Source: Hemiscyllium ocellatum (taxonomy: Eukaryota). From it: 64,000 nt of DNA. The notes under the pieces were generated by a model, which worked only from the letters and a program-made list of their open reading frames with translations, did no database searches and was not told where the DNA came from. The DNA is taken from contig NC_083449.1 in the NCBI RefSeq assembly GCF_020745735.1, forward strand, positions 8,592,923 to 8,656,922, in the 5' to 3' direction. The position numbers and the translations under genes are program-made. This document shows, piece after piece, positions 39,533-51,200 of the stretch; the stretch's first letter is position 1, and the number at the start of each line of letters is the position of its first letter.

Positions 39533-40748
39533 ATTGATGAGAATAGAGCGGTGGCCATGATCTATGTGGACTTCAGTAAGACGTTTAACAAGTTTCCACA
39601 TTGTAGACTGGTTAGCAAGTTTAGATCACATGAAAATCGGGGAGAACTAGCAATTTGGACACAGAATTGACTTGAACGTGGAAGACAGAGGGTGGTGGTG
39701 GAGGGTCACCTTTCAGACTGGAGACCTGTGATCAGTGGTGTGCCACAAGGATCAGTGCTGGGTTTTCATCACTTACATGAATGATTTGAATGTGAACATA
39801 AAAGGTTTGCAGATGGCACGAAAATTGACATAATAGTGGACAGCAAAGAAGGTTCCCTCAGAGTACAACTGGATCATGATCAGATGGGCCACTGGGCTGA
39901 GCAGTGGCAGATGAAGTTTCAATCAGATAAATCTCAGGTGCTTCATTCTGGAAAGGCAAATCAAGGCAGGAGTTATACACTTAACGGTTAGGTCCTGGGG
40001 GGTACAAAAGACCATGGAGTGTAGGTTCATAGTTCCTTGAAAGTAGAATTGCTGGTCGATAGGATAATGAAGAAGGCATTTAGTATGCTGTTCTTTATTG
40101 GTCTGAACATAGAATATAAGGGTTCGGATGTCATGTTGCAGATATACAGGTAATTGGTTTGGCCACTATTGGAATATTGTGTGCAATTCTGGTCTCCTTC
40201 CTATTGAAGGACATTGTGAAACATGAAACATTCAGAAAAAATTTACAAGCTTGTTACCAGGGTGCGAGTATTTGAACGAAAGGGACAGACTGAAGAAGCT
40301 GGGCCTGTTTTCCCTGGAGTGTTAGAGGCTGAGGGATGACCTTACAGAATTTTATTACCTTCATGAAATTCTGACCTTTATGAAATCAGGAGGGTCATTG
40401 ATAGACAAAATAGACAAGGTATTTTATCTGAGGTGAGAGTGTCCAGAACTAGAGGGCACAGGTTTCAGGTGAGAGGGAAAGGATTTAAAAGAGACCTGAG
40501 GGGCAACGTTCTTATGCAGAAGGTGGTGTGTATATGGAATGAGCTGCCAGAGGAAGTGGTGGAGGCTGGAACAATTCCAAAATTTGAAAGGCATGAATAG
40601 GAATGGTTTAGAGGGAAATGAGCCAAGTGCTGGCAAATTGCACTAGAGCTACCAAATGGAACAAGATTAGTTTTGGATATCTGGTTTGCAAGGATGGGTG
40701 AGACCGAATGGTCTGCTTCTGTGCTGTACATCTTTACAATTCTATGGC
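39533..40748 (+). mobile_element. CR1/HER1-like LINE RT to 3' fragment
   Basis: Starts at IDENRAV..YVDFSK and ends in ATTCTATG. Confidence 0.85.
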
Positions 40749-40946
40749 TGTGAATTATAACTATTAATGGCAAATGGGGTAATGTACATAAAGAATGGTG
40801 AGGGAGAAAAAGAATTGTAATTCTTTTGTGATATAATTCCTCTTAATTTGAAAATTTCTTTCTGGAAATTGAGTCAATGTGTGTTTAATTCAATCTGCTC
40901 TGTAACTACAGAAAGGATGCTCTTCAGTCTGACTGCAGTAACATAC

Positions 40947-41029
40947 CTGCTGTTTGTTAGAAGGAACTGATCACACTTTGCTTCATACTGAGGACATATC
41001 ACACTGTCTTGGTCCTTCAAGTAATTTGT
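40947..41029 (-). other. Putative non-coding internal exon, copy C (83 nt)
   Basis: Acceptor TCTCTTCTGTCTTCCTCCAG|; donor CAG|GTATGT. Confidence 0.5.
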
Positions 41030-41977
41030 CTGGAGGAAGACAGAAGAGACATTGTTTGTAAATCAACATTAAATCAATGTAATAATTTAATAATCATTAG
41101 GCTGTTTTTCCTTCAAGACAGCAATTCCAACAGGACCACAGGGCTAATTCTATTCTAGACTTGAGCTGCTCTTTGGTGATTGTATCAAAAAAATCTGTAC
41201 CAATTCACTGAGGACCAGATACTAACAACACCTCTACAAATGGGATAATCTAATGCGAGTGTGTGTCTGGATATGAAAGATTCCTTATCTATCCATACCT
41301 GTCAGTTCCTGCTCAGTGAATGTGTGAGGACAATTATCAAAATGTACCTGTTAAATGCTGCTCTGTGAATAGGAGTGTTATTCTCAAACTGTAATTATCA
41401 ATCCATATAATCTATGCAAATATGCAGGTGAATGCAGTTATTAATCTGTCCCTGTCACTCTCTGGTAATTATATTTACATCTTCTCATCAGAAAGACAAA
41501 CAGGGACAGACTGATGACTATACTCATACAGAACATAAACCGACAGGTGCAGATTGATAAATACATTTCATACATTTGAAATATATAGGATCAGTCTCTG
41601 TGTGTTTTTCCAATGTGGATATGCGAGTTTAGTTATATATCTGTCAGTTTCTGCCCTGCGAATGTGTGTTTGCTTACTAATCTGTCCCTACAGTTTCTGT
41701 TGTGTGTCTGAGAGTGTAGTTATCAACCTGAACCACAGTTTCTGCTATGAGAATGTGAGTTTCACTATTAGTCTCTACCTGTCAGTTTCTGTTGTACGAA
41801 TATTAAATTTAGTCATGAATTTGTACCCATCATGTTCTTCTGTGTGAATGCAGATATTGATCTCTACCTGTAAGTTTAAGCTATATCAATACGTGAATGC
41901 CATTATCAAACAGTACCAGTCAGGTTTTGCTATTTGACACCAGAGTATCATTGGGGTGAAAATCAACTAGGTAAAGA

Positions 41978-42208
41978 CAATGACTGCAGATGCTGGAAAC
42001 CAGATTCTGGATTAGTGGTGCTGGAAGAGCACAGCAGTTCAGGCAGCATCCAAGAAGCAGTAAAATCGACTTTTCCAGCTAAAGGCCTTCATCAGGAAAT
42101 GCTTTTGCCCAAAATGTCGATTTTGCTGCTCCTTGGATGCTGCCTGAACTGCTGTGCTCTTCCAGCACCACTAATCCAGAATCTGGTTTCCAGCATCTGC
42201 AGTCATTG
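41978..42208. mobile_element. Palindromic short element with perfect 77-bp inverted arms
   Basis: 41978-42054 is the exact reverse complement of 42132-42208; minus-strand CTGATGA at 42095-42089 lies in the loop. Confidence 0.92.
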
Positions 42209-42300
42209 ACAATGATACTCTGGTAAAAACAATCTGTTTCGACTACGTAAATATGACTGTGTAGAGACCAATCCGTCCCTGTCGGTTTCTTCCCTGTCAA

Positions 42301-42621
42301 TAGATTAGATTAGATTAGATTCCCTACAGTGTGAAAACAGGCCCTTCGGCCCAACCAGTCCACAATGACCCTCTGAAAAGTAACCCACCCAGACCCATTT
42401 TCCCTTTGACTAATGCACCTAACACTATGGGCAATTTAGCATGACCAATTCACCTGACTTGCACATCTTTGAACTGTGGGAGGAAACTAGAGCGCCCGGA
42501 GGAAACCCACGCAGACACGGCAGGCTGTGCAAACTCCACACAGACAGTTGCCCGAGGCTGGAATCGAACCTGGGACCCTGGTGCTGTGAGACAGCAGTGC
42601 TAACCGCTGAGTCACCGTGCC
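42301..42621 (-). mobile_element. HE1-like SINE
   Basis: (TCTAA)n tail, conserved core and tRNA-like head on the minus strand. Confidence 0.9.
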
Positions 42622-43262
42622 ACTGTGAATACAGTTATTGATCACATTCTGCTCTGTGAATGTGGGTATATTAATTAAACTGTAATGGTCAGTTTCAGCG
42701 AGTGAATGTGGGAGTACAGTTATCATCCTCTACCTGTCAATTTCTTCTTTGTCAAAGTGAGTGTAACTGTCAATCTGTATCTTTCTGACTCTGCCGTGTG
42801 AATACATAAATATAGTTGTCAATCTATAGCTGTCAGTTTCTGCTTGGTGAATATGTTTGTGTAAATGTCAATCCTTCCAGTTTCTACTATGCGATTGTGT
42901 GAGCTGAGATTTCACCTGTCGCTATCAGTTTCTGCTTTGTGAATGTGAGAGTTTAGTTATCAATCTTTCCCTGTCAGGCTTTGTAATGTCAATGTTCAAG
43001 TGTTTTTATTAATCTTTTCCTGTCAGTTTGTGTGACTGTAGTTATCAACTTGTACCTCTCAGATTCTGCTCTCTGAGAGTGTAGTTATCCATTTGATTTG
43101 ATCTGATTTATTATTCTCACGCACTGAGATACAATGAAACATATTGTGTTGTGTGCTTTACAGGCAGATAATATCATACAAAATGCATCAGGGTAATAGA
43201 ACAGAATCCGCAATACAGTATTAAAGCTGCAAAGAGAAAGAGCTTAACAATAAAATTTGAGC

Positions 43263-43470
43263 GAGATTAGAGTGGTGCCAGAAAAGCATAGCAGGTCAGG
43301 CAGCATCCGAGGAGCAGGAAAATCGACGTTTCAGCCAAATGCCTTTCATCAGGAATGTCAGAAATGTCAGTTTTCCTGCTCCTTGGATACTGCCTGTCCT
43401 GCTGTGCTTTTCCAGCACCACTCTAATCTTGACGCGAATCTCCAGCATCTGCAGTAACCACTTTCACCTT
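43263..43470. mobile_element. Palindromic short Penelope-derived element with hammerhead core and 12-bp TSD
   Basis: TSD TAAAATTTGAGC at 43251-43262 and 43471-43482; minus 43352-43325 reads CTGATGA-AAGGCATTTGGCT-GAAACGTC. Confidence 0.88.
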
Positions 43471-43564
43471 TAAAATTTGAGCAGTCCATTCAAAAGTCTG
43501 ATAACAGCAGAGAAGCTGTTCTTGAGTTTGTTGGGTGGTGTATTCAAACTTCTGTATTTTCTGG

Positions 43565-44165
43565 AAAATATTAGTTTTTCTACAGAAGATAGGGTGGGTG
43601 GAAGGGTGACGAGTAAAAGACAGATGGAGATAGAGTCCAAAGAAAGAAGAACAGTATGACAGAAAAAAGGAGTAGATAACTGTCAGACTAAGAGGGTGGA
43701 TTGCATATTAATAGGGCCTGTTAGTGGCTAACAATTGATGGTGTATAATAGCAGACTATATGTTAACAAGACCAGACATGTGGGGTTTTGGGTAAAGACA
43801 TGGGAGAGCTCAAGTCCTGTAGTTGTTGAACTCAATATTGAATCCAGAAGGCTGTCAAGATCCCAAGCAGAAAATGAGGTGCCATTCTTCCAGCTTTCAC
43901 TGAGCTTCGCTGGAGCACTGCAGCAAACCTGAGACAGAGATCTTGGCCAGGGAACAGGGTGTGTTTAAATGGCAGGCAACTGGAAGCTCAGGGTCTCTTT
44001 GTCTGGACAGAATGTAGGCGTCCTGCACAGTGGACACCCAATCTACACTCAGTTTCTCCAACATAGAGGAGTCCACACTGTGTGCATTATCTTTGCCAGC
44101 CTCAGTTCAGAGGACTGGTCACTAGACCTGAAACACTGCCAGACCTGTGAATTTTCCACTAATGT
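43565..44165 (-). mobile_element. Penelope-like element 3' remnant
   Basis: Minus translation LEEWHLIFCLGS*QPSGFNIEFNN resembles the PLE endonuclease C-terminus. Confidence 0.6.
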
Positions 44166-44764
44166 TTGTTTTGTTATCAATCTCTACCTGTCAGTTTCTT
44201 CTTTGTGAGTGTCATTATCAAAGTGTACATGTCAATTTACGTGATTTGAAATTGGGAGCATAATCAATCTATTCCTGTCAGTTTCTGCTTTATGAATGAG
44301 AGTGTAGTTATCAATCTTTCTCCGAAATTTATTGCCAACTGCATGTGTGAGTTATTTAGCAACCTGTCCTTGTCAGATTCTGCTCTGTGCATCTGAGAGC
44401 GCAGTTATTAATTTGTATCTCAGCTTCTTGTTTATACATGTGCAAATTCATTGATCATACTGTACCTGTCAGGTTTTGCTATACGAATGTGTTAGTCTAG
44501 TTATTAACCTGTACCTGTCGTATGTGTGTGCATGATTTTTTTTCTCTCCCTTTTAATTGCCGCAATGTGAATACGTGAGAGCAGATATCAATCGATGCCT
44601 ATCAGTTTTGGTTGTGTCCATACAAGAATTTAGGACTTGATGTATACATGTCAATTTCTGCTGTGTCCATGTGTGAATTTAGGAATTGGTCTATACATGC
44701 CAGTTTCTGCTGTGTGACTGAGAGATTGAAGTTCTCAATGAGTTCCAGTCACTTTCAACTCTTG

Positions 44765-45015
44765 TATATCAAAGTTGCTGAATTCTCTGGCAGCCAATAA
44801 TATTCCAAGAGTCTAATGATATCCGTAAATCCATTGTTGATTGCCAGAAAAACTCATCTGGTTCAGTAATGTTCTTGAATGAAGGAAACTGCCATCCTTC
44901 CCTTGTCTGGCCTGCATGTGACTCTAGACCCACATCAATGTGGCTGCAGGGGTAGTTACGGATGGGCAATAAATGCTGGCCTAGTCAGTGATGGACCATC
45001 CCATGTATGAATTAG
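44765..45015 (+). mobile_element. SacSINE1/DeuSINE-like fragment
   Basis: CATCTGGTTCA.TAATG..GAAGGAAACTGCCATCCTT..GGATGGGCAATAAATGCTGGCC; related pieces at ~11160-11640 and ~3920-4000. Confidence 0.55.
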
Positions 45016-46508
45016 AAAACAATTCTGTGACTGTGATTGAATCTGTGATAATAGTGATTAGGGTGTTGAGATTGGGCCTTAATCTCTTATGCATTTTCTG
45101 ACTTGTGACTCAATCACAGAATTGGTACAGACATTCAGCCTGCCATGTCTGCACTGGGACATTCTATTCTTATTCTATTCTCCAAAAGAGTATCCACTAA
45201 TTGTTGGGATTCTAATCTCCATCCACTCACTGCCAGTCTTGTTGTAAATGCCAATTTGAGATTAGTTCTGCAGTTTTCCACCTTTGAATATTGTGCCAGT
45301 TTGGCTCTGTGTGCAACAGTGACAAGTATGAATGCCATTCTCTTTCTATGTTCAGTTGTGTTTTTTCAGCAGGGTGTAGGATAAACCTGTTAAATATTTG
45401 ATAAATCTGTGTGATTGAGGGATTAATGTTGGTTTAATACTTGTCTTTGCCAAGAATCCGAATTTTACTGTATTCAATCTCAGTTTTCTTTTTCTATTTT
45501 GTGTGTAGTAGTCTTTGGCAGTTGCTGCTGTGTACTGCAATAATGTAACATCTAATACTAACATATTCTGAAGCAATTAATCATTTGGTCAGTCAATTTA
45601 TGACTGTCCATATCTAGAAGAATTTGTGGGCCTAAATTTCATTTTTTTTCCCCTTTTACCATTAACTGGCTGAGTGAGAGTGAGTTTTCTGTTGTGCTGC
45701 CAATCTGTACCACTTTGAAGAGTGGTAATGGTCTATATAACACCAACATTGTCTATATGTCTCTATGATTCCAATTATACATGACATGACTTGATACACT
45801 TTATGAGGTGGGTTTAATGTCTTATCAATCAATGTTTCATACATTAAAAAAAAGGAAATGCTTCTGCATTACTCAGGCCCTCAACCAGAATTGGAGCGTA
45901 CATAAAGTGTGTTTTCATCAACACCAGGCTGAGAGTGAGAATGAAAGAGACAGAGACAGACACGGATATACGTATGTGAATGAGCATGATGCATCCTCTC
46001 TAGAAATATCTTCTGTAGATAAGGCTTGACCAAGAGGTTCATTTGAAATTTACATTGTTTGACTATTGTCTTTGTACAGGACAACTATTTATCCAAAGAA
46101 TAATTTTGTCCTGCTCAGTTACTCAAATGTCCAACTTTGCTTCCACATCTGAACTCTATATCTACTTCATATATATTTATTACAACAAGCTAACTGTATG
46201 ATCAATTTGTTCATATTGATTGTAATTTAAAAATACCAAATCTACATATGGATTTAATGCAGCTCATAAAATGTATATTTATTATAAGCATACAGTCTAA
46301 ACTGCTTCTAATCCTATGAATAATAGAATTTACTGTCACTGAGGAGGTATGCACTGAGAACAGGGCAAAATAATATAGATTTATATTTCATCAGTTGTGT
46401 TTAACTCTCGGATTGAACGTGTATTTCTGGAAATGGAGCTCAATGTGCGTCTGACTCAAAACACAGACAGTGGAAAGGACCTTCTCTTTTCAGAAAGTGG
46501 TAACATAC

Positions 46509-46563
46509 CTGCTGGTTGTGAGAAGCAGCTGGTCACTCTTGGATTGATCCATCAAATATTTGC
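46509..46563 (-). other. Putative non-coding internal exon, copy D (55 nt)
   Basis: Acceptor CTCTCTCTCTTTTGTCTTTCTCCAG|; donor CAG|GTATGT. Confidence 0.5.
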
Positions 46564-47036
46564 CTGGAGAAAGACAAAAGAGAGAGAGCTCCTGTACATC
46601 ACTAGAGGCCGAGTAGGAAGACATCAAATGATCAATGCAATATTCAGGTCATGATCATTAAATTCTTTGTTTTTGAACAGGGTGAGGTGAACAGAGTTGA
46701 TCCTGGTTCAGCTTGAGCCTTGAGCTCCTTCCTGTCTTTTTCTGTTTGCCAACCTTTAAAACATTTTACTTAGATAAAAATAAATTAACCAACAAATATG
46801 CACAGCTACACAAATGCAATGATTCCACGGTTGAATGTCCAGCTCCCAATACATTAACTGTTGAAAAACAAATACTGGGCACAATTTCACATACTTGGAG
46901 ACATTTATCTGGTGCCTGCTATATTTATCCTTCATGGGATTATAATATTTATTTCTACTGTCCTTTATTTCAATGTCTATTCGCAACAAACAGCGTGAAA
47001 CAGAAACCAAACAATGAATTCCCATTAGTGTTTAAG

Positions 47037-47330
47037 CAGGGGTGGGGAACCTGCGGCCTTCTAGGCCAATGTGTGTGGCCCTTTGAATGAATCCAAATTT
47101 TTTAAATTAATTTTTTTGTTCGTCCTTTATAATTTTTATTTTAATGTTAAAATTAATATATTTAAAATACCAGAGAGTAAAAGAAAATTCAACGAGATAA
47201 TCCTCACAGACTGACGGCCACAATTTAAAAAATGCGAATTTTGAAGAACATATAATTGAAGTTTCTTGGATGCAGCCTTATTAGATTACAACTATACAAC
47301 CTTCCAACATGAAAAGGTTCCCCACCTCTG
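47037..47330. mobile_element. hAT-superfamily MITE
   Basis: TIRs CAGGGGTGGGGAACCT (47037-47052) and AGGTTCCCCACCTCTG (47315-47330), 15/16 match; no TSD evident. Confidence 0.75.
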
Positions 47331-47351
47331 GGGGGATGAAAAACCACAAGA

Positions 47352-47895
47352 ATGTCCCACAGCAGCTTCTTCCCGCTCTGCCTCCCTCAGCAGGCCCACA
47401 CACAGCCCGAGAAAGGCCTCTCTCTTCCCCCCAGCCCGCTCACTCCAAGTTCCGGGACCAGTTCCTGCTTCGCTCGGCCTCTTACAAACAGCTCCCGGTT
47501 CTCCCTGAACTCACCCCGAATCAATCCCGGTCTCGGAGCCCCCTCTGTGTCCCAGGCTCCCATCCCGATGTGCTGCTGGAAGGAGCCTGCTGTTCCCTCG
47601 CTTCCCTGGGCGCTGATCTCTCCATTGCGGTCTGTTTCAAACAAACCTCTTGCGCTCAGAGTAAATGCTCCTCAATGGCAGCGCGGGGGGAGGGCCTCAC
47701 GCATGCGCTCCTCTGGTCAGGACCAGGTCAGCTTTGGGGAAGGGGCAGCATCGCGCATGCGCTGCCTCGGGTTGCAGGAAGAAATCATGCGCAATAAACC
47801 GACGGTGACAGCAGCAGTGCTAACCCCAGACCCAGTATCAGGGTCAAAGCACAAATATTAGGACCAAAAAAAAGGAGAGACTAAATGCGCATGGA
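47352..47895 (-). promoter_or_regulatory. GC-rich putative promoter and first exon, copy 2, with NRF1 motif cluster
   Basis: Direct paralog of 21960-22350. Donor GTGAGT at 47514-47509; perfect GCGCATGCGC at 47753-47762 plus related motifs at ~47699, 47786 and 47886. Confidence 0.55.
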
Positions 47896-48007
47896 TTATT
47901 TTTAGACCAGAGACGACTGAGGTGGTGGCACATGATTGTGGTGTGAAAGATTATGAGGCGTATGGAGAGGGTGAATGTAGAGAAGCTGTTTCCCTTGTTT
48001 GAGCGAT

Positions 48008-48190
48008 CAGATTAGATTAGATAGATTTTTTTTAGATTATTTACAGTGTGGAAACAGGCCCTTCGGCCCAACAAGTCCACACCGACCCGCCGAAGCGCAA
48101 CCCACCCATACCCCTACATATACCCCTTACCTAACACTACGGGCAATTTTAGCATGGCCAATTCACCTGACCCGCACATCTTTGGACTGT
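48008..48190 (-). mobile_element. 5'-truncated young HE1-like SINE
   Basis: Nearly identical to the tail half of 37983-38285. Confidence 0.88.
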
Positions 48191-48213
48191 GTGATTGGGT
48201 TGGGATATGGTAA

Positions 48214-51200
48214 TTTTGCTGGAGTGCTGCGGGTTTGAAGCCTCAATGCTCTCGGTCAGATTGTGTAGTTCCTGAGGACCAGAGGAAGAGATTCTGCTCG
48301 AGAGTTGCAGGTTCAACGCTGCGGACGTGCGCTGGCGGGGGAGAAACCACGTGGATCGTGTTGCGAGTGGTCAGAGCTACTGGAGACCATCGCTGGATCG
48401 TGATTGGAGGATCGTTTGGTTGTGCTGACCTGCTCTTGGTGGATCTTTATGCTGGCTTCGGCCTCATGCCAATTCAGGTACCAGCCAACCTCAGAGCTAT
48501 GGCCTCGCAACACAGTCTGGGTGACTGTGAAGAAGGTGGAGGAGCACACACCGGTCAATCGGACGGTGTTTGTGAAGAAGATTTTGCCGGACAGCTGTGG
48601 GTTTCAAGCAGCGGACATGTACTGCCTGCAGGATTTCCCTGTGGCAGGCTATTTCGACGTGACCTTCAGGAGCGTGAAGAATTGCGAGCAGCTCCTGAAG
48701 GTCTTCAAGGAGAAGGAAGGGGAACCTCTGTTCTTCATATTGTCGGCAGTCCCATTGTGTGTGCTTCCTGCGCAGAGGAGTCGGGTTGTAACAATCCAGA
48801 TGTACAACCCTCACGTCCCAGCAGATGTCCTGACCTTCTTGAGAAGATACGTCCAGGTTGAGGGAGAGAGTACCGATGTGGTCAATAATTTCAGGATCTG
48901 GACCAGCAAACGACAGGTCAGGGTAACCCTGAGGGTCGATGCCAGTAGGAACATCCTCCACCCACACTCCAGCTTTGCCATCGGAGGAAGCAGAGGTTAC
49001 CTGACATATGCAGGGCAGCCGAAAGTGTGCCGAACCTTGTAAGGTGACCGTCTGCCGAAACTGCAAGCAGGAAGGCCACTCAACCAAGGAATGTAAGGAG
49101 GCCAAGAACTGTAATCTGTGCGGAGAGGTGGGCCACATGTACAAGGCCTGCCCAAGACTAGGAGCCACCACCTACGCACAGATGGCCGGAGGTGGCAACA
49201 CGAGCCGTGGACCGACTAAGACCGGCAAGGTACCACAAAACAGCACGGGAACGGTGTCTGGAGGCACCCAGAAGGATGGGCAGGCTGTAGCGGAGCAGAC
49301 GGCAGACAGCGGGGAGATGCAGCAGCCGATCCAAACTCCTTCAAGACAGACGGAGGAAATGGAAGAGGAGGGATCAAAGGAGGCCGAGGATTGGATTACT
49401 GTCAAAAGCAGGAAGAGGAAACCTCTCAAGGGCCCCAAAGTGACACCTACACGACGAGGATACTGGCAGCTCTTCCGATGGTGAGGACGGGTGCAAGGAG
49501 GGTCATCACCAGACGAAGAGACAGAATGCCTTGGGGAGAAAGGAGGGCATCACCGCCCAAGCAGGAAAAGATGATCCGTCTGAGGGGATGGGTAAAGGCC
49601 TCCCCCAACACAGTGAGAACCAAGAGGTACCCACCGGCCCAGAGCTCCAGGTAACTGGGAGCAGCTGTCCAGTGACAGCCCCGCTGTCAGATGGAGAACA
49701 AGACGGTGCGGACCCTGGGCCTGACCCGAAGACACTAGAGTGGGGAAATGGCTCCAGCGTGGAGCCGGACAGCTACCTCAGCCCTGGGAAGGTCCAGCAG
49801 TTTGCCGTCACCACGGAGATGCACACAGCTGCCCCAGAGGGGCAAGACCAGCAGCAAATGGAAACTGGTAACCTCGTAAACTGTTAAAATGGGGTTTAAA
49901 ATTGCCAGCATCAATGTGCATAGCATCAAATTGGCTGCGCGATGTGTTTCTATGATGGCCTTCATGACCAGCGTTAAAGCCGATGTCCTGTTTCTGCATC
50001 TGTGTGGGATACCACACATCAGCAGCTACAGGAGATGGTCAAGCTTGTGGGCTCATGGGCCGTCAGTTTGGTTGGGGGGCAACGATAGCCGCACCTCTGG
50101 CCTGGGTATCCTGTTGCGAGGAGGCAACTTCACCGTCTCCGAGGTTATGGCGGGCGCCTCGTCGTCGACGTCACGTACAGGAATGCTCCCCTGAGACTGA
50201 TTAATGTTTACGCCCCAGCGGGTAAGAGTGAACGGTTGGCCGTCCTGCAGCAGCTTCCACTGTTGCTGGCTACGTCCAAGCCGGTCATTCTGGCCGGAGA
50301 CTTCAACTGTATCATTGATGCAGATGGACGATCCGGGGGCGGGGGGTCAGTAAACTGGACGCCACGTCTAGAGCCCTGATGGAACGGGTCAAAGATGCCA
50401 AGCTGCAGCACCCCTGCAGATGGAGCGCAGCGTAGATCCACCTGGTCACGGGCAGACAAGTCTATCCGTTCAAGGATAGATTACCTGTTTGTGTCCCAAA
50501 CTCTCTCGGTCAGATCTACTGATGTCAAGCCGGTGTTCTTCTCTGACCACTGCCTCCTGCTGGCCGACTGTCACCTACAGGACGAGCAGTGGGCAGGTAA
50601 GGGAACGTGGAAACTGAACAAAGCTGTTGACCCTGGGAAACATTGAGGAGCTCAAGAGGGACTACGCAGATTGGAGAACCATGAAGCCCCTCTTTGAGTC
50701 TCCAGCGGACTGGTGGGAAACAGTAAAAGGGAACATCAAGAGGTTCTTCATCCGCAAAGGTGTTCAGGAGGCGAGAGAGAGAGAGGCAGGGAAAACTGTC
50801 CCAACTCCAGGAAAGTATGCAGTACTTGATCCTGCTGCAGACGATGGGGGTCGATGTCACGGAGGACCTCAAGGAGGTGAAGGGCCATCAAGCCCCGCTC
50901 TTTACCTCGGAGGCCTCTAAGATAATCTTCCGGTCCAGGATCCGCTCGGTGGAGCAGGACGAGACGTGCTCACGTTTCTTCTTCCAGAAGGTGCACAAAG
51001 AGAGCTCTGTGCTCAGCAGCCTGAAGGAAGAAGATGGCTCGGTAACGTCATCTCAGGCTGACGTCATGAGGATCAGTAAATCCTTCTATGCCAATCTGTA
51101 TGACGCGAAGCCGACTGACAGCGCGGCCTCCCATTCGTTCCTGTCCTCTATCATGGAGGTCTTAAATGACAGAACATGCGAGAGGCTGGACCAGCTGCTA

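Larger units (their letters stand above)
41270..44760 (+). repeat. Degenerate ~47-bp satellite array interrupted by TEs
   Basis: Same unit as 28790-29760, in blocks at ~41270-41935, 42225-42300, 42625-43090 and 44170-44760. Confidence 0.85.

Noticed and set aside
48404-49484. Domesticated ZCCHC3-like host gene
   Set aside because: It is ORF1 of the TSD-bounded Tx1 element and is broken by a frameshift and stop near 49040.
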